Source: Candidatus Nomurabacteria bacterium (GTDB taxonomy: Bacteria; Patescibacteriota; Minisyncoccia; Phycocordibacterales; UBA9973). Taken from it: a stretch of DNA of 50,883 bases. The translations under genes were made by a program, and so were the position numbers. Below, one piece after another: positions 1-8,697 of this stretch. Numbering within the stretch: the stretch's first letter is position 1; every line of letters starts with the position of its first letter. Location: NCBI GenBank assembly GCA_026395915.1, contig JAPLXU010000017.1:3023-53905 (forward strand). Reading direction: 5' to 3'. Below the pieces are notes generated by a model, which saw nothing but the letters and a program-made list of their open reading frames with translations, was not told the DNA's origin and searched no databases.

Positions 1-1130
<1,130 letters not shown>

Positions 1131-1300
1131 CAATTTGAAAAATGTCTTCCATCACTTCGGTGATGGGGATTAAAATCCCAAGCACTCTCTGAGTGTTTGG
1201 GATGTGAGTCGGTATTGCACGCCTCAATTGAGCGCGCAATGGACAATGATAGAATGTCCTAAAAACTATTTGACATGAGGCAAAGACCCGAGGTTAAAAG

Positions 1301-1339
1301 CCCGCCTGCATCAGCTATGCTGAAAGCATTGCGGGCAGG
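1301..1339 (-). repeat. Palindromic element family A1 (PARNAS-type), 39 bp, intergenic
   Basis: Reverse complement cctgcccgcaatgctttcagcatagctgatgcaggcggg, near-identical to the secA copy. Confidence 0.9.
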
Positions 1340-1370
1340 AACGAAACAAAATAAAGAACAGCAAAAACTA

Positions 1371-1402
1371 AAAAAACATCACACGCAAGTGTGGTGTTTT
1401 TT
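1371..1402 (+). terminator. Intrinsic terminator downstream of 16S
   Basis: aaaaaacatcacac-gcaa-gtgtggtgtttttt hairpin with U tract. Confidence 0.7.
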
Positions 1403-1464
1403 GTTTTGACAAAAATTATTTTTTGATATATCTTGTGGAAGACAGTCAATTGCACAAAAGTTTT

Positions 1465-1614
1465 ATGGAACAAAAAAAAGAACAGTCCTGTCCTTCTGAA
1501 GAGCAGTATAAGCACCATCGTCTGGTCTTTCGGAGCTGGGAACCCAAATCTAAGCCCGAAGAACCAGATGACGATGGGAGGATTCTGGCCCTCCAACAGC
1601 AATATGCCAGTTAA
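1465..1614 (+). CDS. Possible small hypothetical protein (49 aa)
   Basis: ORF between a TTGACA promoter-like site (1406) and a hairpin terminator (about 1616-1660); no recognisable motif. Confidence 0.3.
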   Translation: MEQKKEQSCPSEEQYKHHRLVFRSWEPKSKPEEPDDDGRILALQQQYAS

Positions 1615-1728
1615 GTCAGGCCGTGTGTCACCCTCGAGGTGCTCACGGCCGATTTTTATTTATACCATTTTACAAAAGAGATTTTTGTGTTTGTGCGACA
1701 CTCATTACTGTGATAATATGTAACCATT

Positions 1729-2031
1729 ATGAATACATATCAGAAAGGTTCTGTCCGCACAATAATCTTTAAGGATAATGATGTGTGGGTTGGTGTTGCC
1801 TTAGAGTTTAATATTGTTGAAACTGGAGACGATCCTCGAGAAGTTTTTCTCATGCTTGATGAAGCCATTCGTGGATATGTTATTTCTGCCAAGAAATCAA
1901 AAATTCGCCCGAGTATTCTAAATCAAGTTTCCGATAAAGAATACGAAGATCTTTGGAAAAACTTAAATTCTCCCAAGCCAGTAAAATCCCCGTATCAAAT
2001 TTATAGTTTTGGGGAAAGAATAATTTCGTAA
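1729..2031 (+). CDS. hicB: HicB-like antitoxin (short, no obvious DNA-binding domain)
   Basis: WVGVALEFNIVETGDDPREVFLMLDEAIRGY resembles the HicB partial RNase H fold; adjacent to hicA. Confidence 0.7.
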   Translation: MNTYQKGSVRTIIFKDNDVWVGVALEFNIVETGDDPREVFLMLDEAIRGYVISAKKSKIRPSILNQVSDKEYEDLWKNLNSPKPVKSPYQIYSFGERIIS

Positions 2032-2036
2032 AAAAT

Positions 2037-2267
2037 ATGCCTCGCGGAATTAATAATTGGAGTTTTGCGGATGTAAAAAGATTTCTTTCCGATTATAATT
2101 TCAGATTAAGTCATGTCGAGGGCAGTCACTATTTTTATGTTGGTTCGGTTAAAGGAAGAGTACATCAAATTTGTGTGCCATTTCATAGCAATAAAGCAAT
2201 ACATCCAAAAACGATGAAAAGCATAATTAATCAGTCTGGAATTGAGATCAAAGAGTGGATTAAGTAA
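2037..2267 (+). CDS. hicA: HicA family mRNA interferase toxin
   Basis: GSH motif, VPFH, TMKSIINQSGI; 76 aa. Confidence 0.85.
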   Translation: MPRGINNWSFADVKRFLSDYNFRLSHVEGSHYFYVGSVKGRVHQICVPFHSNKAIHPKTMKSIINQSGIEIKEWIK

Positions 2268-2274
2268 AAATAAT

Positions 2275-4050
2275 GTGAATAAAGAATTTTTGGAAATAAT
2301 AAATGGATTTAAACGCACTTTGCGACTCATGGAAAAACCAGAGAAAACTGCTTTAGTTTTCGCGTCTTTCCTTATGCTCATTACTGGAGTTCTCACTAAC
2401 CTACCTGCTGTTATTTTAGGGCGTTTGGTGGATAAAATTGTCGGGGTAGAAAATTTTGATGTGAGTATTGCGGTTCCGTTTATTGCTTTAATAATCGGTA
2501 TAATTCTCATACGCGAAGTGCTAACTGTTGTAAGAAAATATTTTGTTGAAAATGTGGCGACACAAACTGATAAAAAACAGACAGTAAATGTCATTGAGCA
2601 TTTGCTTAAAACAGATATTGCAAATATTAATCAACAGCAAATCGGGTCGCTCCACGGAAGAATTTTTAGATCAATCCAAGGAATGATAAAAATTATCAAA
2701 CTCGGATTTCTCGATTTTTTTCCGGTTTTCTTCAGTGGACTAGCCGCAATTGCTATCGCACTAACTCAAAAACCATTACTGGCTAGCGTAATGGTTTTGG
2801 TAATTCCAGTTGGACTTTTCATCATTGTGTGGCAAGTTTCCTCGCAGAAAGGAATACGAGTGACTTTATTGCGAGGAAAAGAAAAAATCGACGGAGCAGT
2901 CGTTGAGATGCTTGGTGGTATAGAAACAGTGCGAGCATTGAATACTGAAAATAAAGAAGTGGCGAAAGTTGAAGAAGTTGCCGAAGCAATGAGAAAAAAA
3001 GAAATTAGGCATCATATTTTTATGGCGTTGTTTGATTCCGGAAAATATCTCAATGAGGCATTTTTCTATGTCATAGTAATTTCTCTTTCAATTTTTCTCG
3101 CGGCACAAGGAATAATCACAAAAGGCGACATTCTTGTTTATTCTATTCTGTTTTTGAGTATCACAGGACCATTGCGTGAAATTCATAGAATACTCGATGA
3201 AGCTCATGAAAGTTCAATTAGGGTAAATGACTTATATGATTTGCTCGATCAACCGAGAGATGTTTCTTTCCAAGCGAATGACAAAGAAAGATTTGCCTCA
3301 AACAACGCCAACGCAATAGAGATAAACAAACTATCTTTCAAATATGAAAATTCGCTAGTCTTGCAAGATATCAATTTCGTTATAAAGAACGGAGAGAAAA
3401 TCGGCATAGCTGGTGCGTCTGGTTGCGGTAAATCTACGCTCATAAAAATTCTATTACGATTAGTGCATGGCTATTCTGGAAACGTAGAGATTTTTGGCAA
3501 GAATTTGAATACCGTAAGCAGAGAAGAAATTGCGGATTGTATTGCATATGTGCCACAAAAGACACATATATTTTCGGGTTCTATAAAAGACAATATTGTT
3601 TATGGTTGCGAACGAGAGAATATCACAGATGAAGAAGTTATCAGAGCCGCAAAACTGGCGAATTTATATGAAGAGATAAAAAATTCACTCGGAGGATTAT
3701 CGGGCAGGGTCGCCGAGAATGGAAATAACTTGAGCGGTGGACAGAAACAGCGACTCGCTATTGCGCGACTGATATTAAAATCACCAGAACTATTGATACT
3801 TGATGAGGCGGCTTCTGCCCTAGATAATACGAACGAAATCAAAATTCAAAGAAACATTGAGCAATTGTTCAAAGATAAGACGACCATAACAATTGCTCAC
3901 CGACTGACGACGCTCAAAAACACTGATAGGATTTTTGTTTTTGAACGAGGCAGGATAGTCCAAGAAGGAACCTTTGACGGCCTCACCAACCAAAAAGGTC
4001 TCTTCCAAGATTTTTTAAGACAGAAAGAACCTGAGACTTTTTATTTGTAA
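2275..4050 (+). CDS. ABC exporter, fused TMD-NBD (MsbA/multidrug type); start uncertain (2242-2329)
   Basis: Multiple TM segments, Walker A GASGCGKST, LSGGQKQR, Walker B LLILDE, IAHRL. Confidence 0.92.
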   Translation: MNKEFLEIINGFKRTLRLMEKPEKTALVFASFLMLITGVLTNLPAVILGRLVDKIVGVENFDVSIAVPFIALIIGIILIREVLTVVRKYFVENVATQTDKKQTVNVIEHLLKTDIANINQQQIGSLHGRIFRSIQGMIKIIKLGFLDFFPVFFSGLAAIAIALTQKPLLASVMVLVIPVGLFIIVWQVSSQKGIRVTLLRGKEKIDGAVVEMLGGIETVRALNTENKEVAKVEEVAEAMRKKEIRHHIFMALFDSGKYLNEAFFYVIVISLSIFLAAQGIITKGDILVYSILFLSITGPLREIHRILDEAHESSIRVNDLYDLLDQPRDVSFQANDKERFASNNANAIEINKLSFKYENSLVLQDINFVIKNGEKIGIAGASGCGKSTLIKILLRLVHGYSGNVEIFGKNLNTVSREEIADCIAYVPQKTHIFSGSIKDNIVYGCERENITDEEVIRAAKLANLYEEIKNSLGGLSGRVAENGNNLSGGQKQRLAIARLILKSPELLILDEAASALDNTNEIKIQRNIEQLFKDKTTITIAHRLTTLKNTDRIFVFERGRIVQEGTFDGLTNQKGLFQDFLRQKEPETFYL

Positions 4051-4067
4051 ATTTGTATAATAAGACA

Positions 4068-4976
4068 ATGGCTAAAAAACAAATTGGAGTAATCAGAGGC
4101 GGGACGGGGGAGCATTATGCTTCGTCGCTCAAACGTGGCGGGGAAATTATTTCTCACATTTTTGAAAATCTACAAGACAAGTATAGAGTGGTTGATATTT
4201 TGATTGACAAGAAAGGCGTTTGGCATTTGGGTGGTGTGCCGATAGTTCCTGCTGACTTGATGAGCAAAGTTGATCTTGTTTGGAATATTTCCGATTCATC
4301 TTTATCTGCGACTCTTGATAGTTTATCTATTCCAAACATCAGCCACAATTCTTTTTCTTCTGCCTTTGTGAACAGTAAAGAAATGTTACGAGAACATATT
4401 AAACAAGTAGGTATTTCTATGCCGAAGTCCATCGTTTTGCCAGTCTACCAAAAAGATTTTGACGGCCCCCGTGAAAGATATAGCATAAAAAAAGCAAAAG
4501 AAATCCATGAAAAATTTTCAGCGCCGTGGATTGTGAAATCTTTTACTCTGGACTCCAATATGGCGGTGCATTTGGCGAAAACTTTTAATGAGTTAGTGGC
4601 TGGGATAGAAGATGGCGTGAAGCACGGAAAGAGTATTTTAATAGAAGAATTTATCACAGGGAAAGTGGCTTCGATGCATTCAGTGTCACATTTTCGTGGC
4701 AAGGAGACTTATGTCTTTCCGCCCGTAAGCGTCTTCGGCAACATTTCTTCTCTCGAAAAAGAAGAATTAACCAATCTCGCAAGAAATTTGCACAATCATC
4801 TCGGCGCCAAATATTATTTGAAATCAGATTTTGTTTTGAATAAAAATGGCAGAGTTTATTTTCTCGATTTTGATTTGATGCCAAATTTGAAATCGCATTC
4901 GCATTTTTCACAAGCCTGCGAGTCTGTTGGCGCAAAAATGTATCATGTGGTAGAACATATTATAGAAAATGCGTGA
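4068..4976 (+). CDS. ddl: D-Ala-D-Ala ligase family ATP-grasp protein, degenerate
   Basis: IGVIRGGTGEHYASSLKRG N-terminus, PWIVK, ILIEEFITG; several catalytic motifs altered. Confidence 0.7.
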   Translation: MAKKQIGVIRGGTGEHYASSLKRGGEIISHIFENLQDKYRVVDILIDKKGVWHLGGVPIVPADLMSKVDLVWNISDSSLSATLDSLSIPNISHNSFSSAFVNSKEMLREHIKQVGISMPKSIVLPVYQKDFDGPRERYSIKKAKEIHEKFSAPWIVKSFTLDSNMAVHLAKTFNELVAGIEDGVKHGKSILIEEFITGKVASMHSVSHFRGKETYVFPPVSVFGNISSLEKEELTNLARNLHNHLGAKYYLKSDFVLNKNGRVYFLDFDLMPNLKSHSHFSQACESVGAKMYHVVEHIIENA

Positions 4977-4982
4977 TAGTTA

Positions 4983-5055
4983 GGGCCGTTAGCTCACTTG
5001 GTAGAGCGCGCGCATGGCATGTGCGAGGTAACCGGTTCGATCCCGGTACGGTCCA
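4983..5055 (+). tRNA. tRNA-Ala(GGC)
   Basis: Cloverleaf, anticodon arm cgcgc-atGGCat-gtgcg, G3:U70 pair, GTTCGA T-loop. Confidence 0.95.
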
Positions 5056-5058
5056 CAA

Positions 5059-5130
5059 GCATCTTTAGCTCAGTGGTAGAGCGTCCCGTTCACATCGGGA
5101 AGGTCGTAAGTTCGATCCTTACAAGATGCA
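5059..5130 (+). tRNA. tRNA-Val(CAC)
   Basis: Anticodon arm tcccg-ttCACat-cggga; acceptor GCATCTT/AAGATGC. Confidence 0.95.
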
Positions 5131-5154
5131 CCCCCAAAGTTAGGTAAAAAATTT

Positions 5155-5228
5155 GGGCCTATAGTAAAGTGGTATTACACTACATTCGCATTGTAGGGGC
5201 GCGAGTCCGATTCTCGCTAGGTCCACCA
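5155..5228 (+). tRNA. tRNA-Ala(CGC)
   Basis: Anticodon arm ctaca-ttCGCat-tgtag, G3:U70, encoded CCA; T-loop reads TCCGA. Confidence 0.9.
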
Positions 5229-5278
5229 TTTATTAAATATCCATATTTTGTTAATATGAAATTTAAGGGCATGTGGCG

Positions 5279-5317
5279 CCCGCCCGCCATCGCTTCGCTC
5301 AGGCGAAAGCGGGCGGG
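5279..5317 (-). repeat. Palindromic element family A2, 39 bp
   Basis: Reverse complement matches 18086-18124 (1 mismatch); termini as in family A1. Confidence 0.9.
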
Positions 5318-5334
5318 GAATTGGTATATAATTT

Positions 5335-5421
5335 GCCGAAGTGGCGTAATTGGTAAACGCGCTGCGTTCAGGACGCAGTGAGGGTAACCTCGTAAGGGTT
5401 CAACTCCCTTCTTCGGCACCA
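5335..5421 (+). tRNA. tRNA-Leu(CAG)
   Basis: Anticodon arm ctgcg-ttCAGga-cgcag, long variable arm, CCA. Confidence 0.95.
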
Positions 5422-5422
5422 C

Positions 5423-5493
5423 CGGGCCGTAGTATACCGGTAGTACGCATCCTTCGGGAGGATGTAGATTGGGTTCGATTCCCAACGGCCCGA
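5423..5493 (+). tRNA. tRNA-Pro(CGG)
   Basis: Anticodon arm catcc-ttCGGga-ggatg; acceptor CGGGCCG/CGGCCCG. Confidence 0.95.
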
Positions 5494-5531
5494 CATTGCT
5501 TTAGCTTATTGATTGATTTATAATACGGAGT

Positions 5532-5903
5532 ATGAAAAAGGTTGTAAAAAATACAAATAAAAAAGACGAAAAAATGAATCGATATTTAGGCGCGCTTAAT
5601 GAAATACACGGTGAGACTCTTAAAGGGATTAGAGAAGGTTCTATTGTTGTGAATAGAAAACTTGATAAAATTACAGAGACTTTGTCGGAGCATACGAAAA
5701 TTTTAGATAAACACACAGAGATTTTATCTGAACATACAAAAAAGCTTGATTCGCACACAGAAATGATTGGAACTTTGATGGTTGACATGACCATAGTCAA
5801 AGAAGACCTTTCTGTGATAAAAAGCGACTTAAAAAAGAAAGTTGATTATGATGAATTTCAATCTTTAGTTAAAAGAGTTCAAAAAATAGAAGCGAAGATA
5901 TAA
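5532..5903 (+). CDS. Hypothetical coiled-coil protein with heptad repeats
   Basis: EHTKILD/KHTEILS/EHTKKLD/SHTEMIG heptads; TTGCTT-17-TATAAT promoter 7 nt before ATG. Confidence 0.8.
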   Translation: MKKVVKNTNKKDEKMNRYLGALNEIHGETLKGIREGSIVVNRKLDKITETLSEHTKILDKHTEILSEHTKKLDSHTEMIGTLMVDMTIVKEDLSVIKSDLKKKVDYDEFQSLVKRVQKIEAKI

Positions 5904-5957
5904 AAATGATTTTAATAATTAAAAAAACACATGTTAAAAACTTTAAATAAAAATTCA

Positions 5958-5971
5958 AGAGAGAGAGAGAG
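5958..5971 (+). repeat. (AG)7 simple sequence repeat
   Basis: Read directly; lies in a short ORF from ATG 5931 that is out of frame with the 6007 ORF. Confidence 0.9.
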
Positions 5972-6006
5972 TAGCATCCAACTTTTTAAGTTTTACAAAA
6001 ATTTTC

Positions 6007-6834
6007 ATGGATAAAGTACTAAAAAATACTTTAGTTTTTGTTTTTATGTTTGGTTTTTTTGTACCAACTTTTTCTCTTGCCTCTAACACCAACGGCACCA
6101 TAGATTCGACTTTTCGCTATGCTTGGGGAGAAAATATTGGTTTTGTTGATTTTGGTTCATCCGCCGGAAATGTTCATATCACAGATTCTGCGATTTCCGG
6201 TTCTTTCTATGGAGAAAATATCGGCTGGATAGATCTTTCTACAATCACAAATAATAATGAAGGCGTATTGTCCGGTTACGCTTGGGGAGAGAATGTTGGC
6301 TGGGTAGATTTTAGTAAGGTTACCATTGGTTCAGATGGTGTTTTTTCTGGTTCTGCTTATAATGGAAACGTTGGTTGGATAACTTTTGGCGCAGGCGATA
6401 ATAAAGTAGTTACAGATTGGCGGCCATTAAGCGCTCGTCCAAGACGCCATGGAGGAGGACGGCCAATAATTATTCCTTTACCAGCTACTCCTCCAACAAT
6501 TTCCATTCCATCTGCAACACCAACTGTTCCTGTCATTCCACCAATTATAATTCCAACCACCCCGCCTTCAGCTCCCCTCCTTAATGACGCGGGTGGTAAT
6601 TTCTGCAGTTTCTGCATTCCAACTTTCAATAATGGAAGCAAAGGTGAACCAGTCAAAGAGTTGCAGATATTCTTGAATAAAGCGTTGAAGTCAAATTTGG
6701 CAGTTGATGGAAAATTAGGTCCGAAAACATTTGCCGTAATCAAGAAATGGCAAAAAGCTAACGGTCTAAAAGCTGATGGTTTTGTCGGCCCAGCCACAAA
6801 AGCAAAAATGAATTTTGTTATTATTAATAAATAA
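6007..6834 (+). CDS. Secreted protein: YAWGENxGWxDF repeats, Pro-rich linker, C-terminal peptidoglycan-binding domain
   Basis: Signal peptide, four GENIGW-like repeats, PG_binding_1-like VKELQIFLN..VDGKLGPKT..WQKANGLKADGFVGPAT. Confidence 0.85.
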   Translation: MDKVLKNTLVFVFMFGFFVPTFSLASNTNGTIDSTFRYAWGENIGFVDFGSSAGNVHITDSAISGSFYGENIGWIDLSTITNNNEGVLSGYAWGENVGWVDFSKVTIGSDGVFSGSAYNGNVGWITFGAGDNKVVTDWRPLSARPRRHGGGRPIIIPLPATPPTISIPSATPTVPVIPPIIIPTTPPSAPLLNDAGGNFCSFCIPTFNNGSKGEPVKELQIFLNKALKSNLAVDGKLGPKTFAVIKKWQKANGLKADGFVGPATKAKMNFVIINK

Positions 6835-6848
6835 AAAAATATATAATT

Positions 6849-7955
6849 ATGAAAAAAATATTTTTAACTGTATCTTATCTTTTAGTCACTATTTTAGTCG
6901 GAGTCACAGTCGTTTATGCGGGCAATCTTACTCCACCCGGACCAGTCGCAAATACAATGTATAGCTTGACTGATATATTCAACCTGTCAGCAGGCACGAC
7001 TACGACATTAGGAACTGGGGTCATACCCACGACACCTGCTTCAATTGTCGCAACTGGTAAAACTTTAACAGAAGTCTATGATGCCATATCCGCCCAGCTT
7101 GGTATTTTATCTGCTGGTAAAATTGCTAAAAACATTTCTGCTTTCGGGTTTACTGGCGCTCTTTACGGAGATGTTGATGCTTCTAAAGTTCTTACTTCGG
7201 CCACATATGCGGGTACTATGGCAGATAAGACAGGATTAAATGTTGCCTCTACTGCTCAATCTCAAGCAGGTGGCGTAAATTACTTTACGGCGGCTCAAGG
7301 TTATTATGATGGCACAGCGAAAGTTTCTGCCACAGACGCGCAGATTGTGGCTCTTAATTCTAGTTTAGTCACTGGCAACATAAAAAGTGGCGCGACTATT
7401 TTCGGAGTTGCAGGAAGCGTCAGCGGAGGTTCTTCTGCCGGTTTTTTAAAAACTAATCAAACTATATGCTACGACACAGCAGGTAGTGTCGTAGCCTGCG
7501 CAGGCACTGGTCAAGATGGAGAACTGTTAAAAGGCACAGCCCGCTCTTATACTGACAACAATGATGGCACTATTACAGACAATTCTACTGGTCTTGTCTG
7601 GCAAAAATGCTCAAAAGGTTTAAGTGGCACCATTTGTGAGACTGGTTCAGCTGTAACTGCGACTTGGGCGGATGCGCTTACCTATTGCAATGCTAATACT
7701 GCTACTCTTCCCGGTAGTGGTTGGCGTTTGCCGAATGTCTATGAGCTTTACAGTCTGGTCGATTTCGGAGTCGCGAGCGCTCCATTTATCAATACCAATA
7801 CAACTGCGTTTCCCGCTACAGTGAGTGCCAACTACTGGTCATCTACTTGTCGGCCTGCTAACTTCACGTACGCCATGCTCGTGAACTTCAACAACGGCTT
7901 CACGAACGGCTACACTAAGACCAATATCCTCTATGTTCGCTGTGTCCGAGGATAA
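6849..7955 (+). CDS. DGR target protein: secreted, DUF1566/Lcl C-type lectin-fold C-terminus
   Basis: Signal peptide; YTDNNDGTITDNSTGLVWQK, WRLPNVYEL, YWSST..YVRCVR; VR at the 3' end. Confidence 0.93.
   Translation: MKKIFLTVSYLLVTILVGVTVVYAGNLTPPGPVANTMYSLTDIFNLSAGTTTTLGTGVIPTTPASIVATGKTLTEVYDAISAQLGILSAGKIAKNISAFGFTGALYGDVDASKVLTSATYAGTMADKTGLNVASTAQSQAGGVNYFTAAQGYYDGTAKVSATDAQIVALNSSLVTGNIKSGATIFGVAGSVSGGSSAGFLKTNQTICYDTAGSVVACAGTGQDGELLKGTARSYTDNNDGTITDNSTGLVWQKCSKGLSGTICETGSAVTATWADALTYCNANTATLPGSGWRLPNVYELYSLVDFGVASAPFINTNTTAFPATVSANYWSSTCRPANFTYAMLVNFNNGFTNGYTKTNILYVRCVRG
7807..7950 (+). repeat. DGR variable repeat (VR)
   Basis: Ungapped alignment to 8515-8658 (offset 708), 17 mismatches. 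Confidence 0.97.
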
Positions 7956-8000
7956 TTTGGTTATTTGGGTATTTGTTCATTTTGCATTTTTTTAAATCCA

Positions 8001-8360
8001 ATGGCTCAATATTCTCATCTTCCTATATATAACACTGCATTTATTCTGCTTCGCGAAATGTATGAGCGGGTGCCGAAGTTTGGAAAACAATACAAATATT
8101 TATTGGGAGAAAAAATTATCGGAGCGAATATTGAAATTATCCGTCTAATTCTCGAGACGAATAATACTCGCGATGCGGTCAAGAGAAAAATTCTGCTTGA
8201 GCATCTAGTTTGGAATTCCGAGTCGATTATTATTTTCTTACGGATAGCGAATGAACTAAAGCAATTAGGAGGGGAAAAAAGTTATCTTTATCTTCTTGAA
8301 AAAACGGTAGCTCTTTCAAAACAAGCTGAGGGCTGGAGGAAAAGCGTTTCTAGAATTTAG
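8001..8360 (+). CDS. avd: DGR accessory variability determinant (Avd, four-helix bundle)
   Basis: HLPIY..FGKQYKYLLGEKI..LRIANEL..LSKQAEGW pattern; lies between target and TR. Confidence 0.88.
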   Translation: MAQYSHLPIYNTAFILLREMYERVPKFGKQYKYLLGEKIIGANIEIIRLILETNNTRDAVKRKILLEHLVWNSESIIIFLRIANELKQLGGEKSYLYLLEKTVALSKQAEGWRKSVSRI

Positions 8361-8514
8361 AAATGTGTCCCCAGAATTTATGATCCGCAGGATTATAAAG
8401 CGAGGGTTTGGGAATTCAGTTTCCGCTCTTTGTTGTCTTTTGAGTTTAATTTCAGAAAAAAAAGATAACAGAGGATAAAAGTACTCGATGGTCACGGACA
8501 GTCGGAAACTTCTT

Positions 8515-8658
8515 CGTTTCCCGCTACAGTGAGTAACAACTACTGGTCATCTACTTCACGACCTGCTAACTTCACGAACGCCATGAACGTGAACTTCAAC
8601 AACGGCAACACGAACAACAACAATAAGACCAATAGCAACTATGTTCGCTGTGTCCGAG
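8515..8658 (+). ncRNA. DGR template repeat (TR)
   Basis: AAC-rich copy of VR with 15 in-frame AAY codons; between avd and RT. Confidence 0.97.
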
Positions 8659-8697
8659 CACTCCCGCCTCCAGTCCCCAGTCTGTTTTATATTTCTT

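Noticed and set aside
5169-5485. ORFs 5169-5381 and 5180-5485
   Set aside because: They overlap tRNA genes and a repeat.
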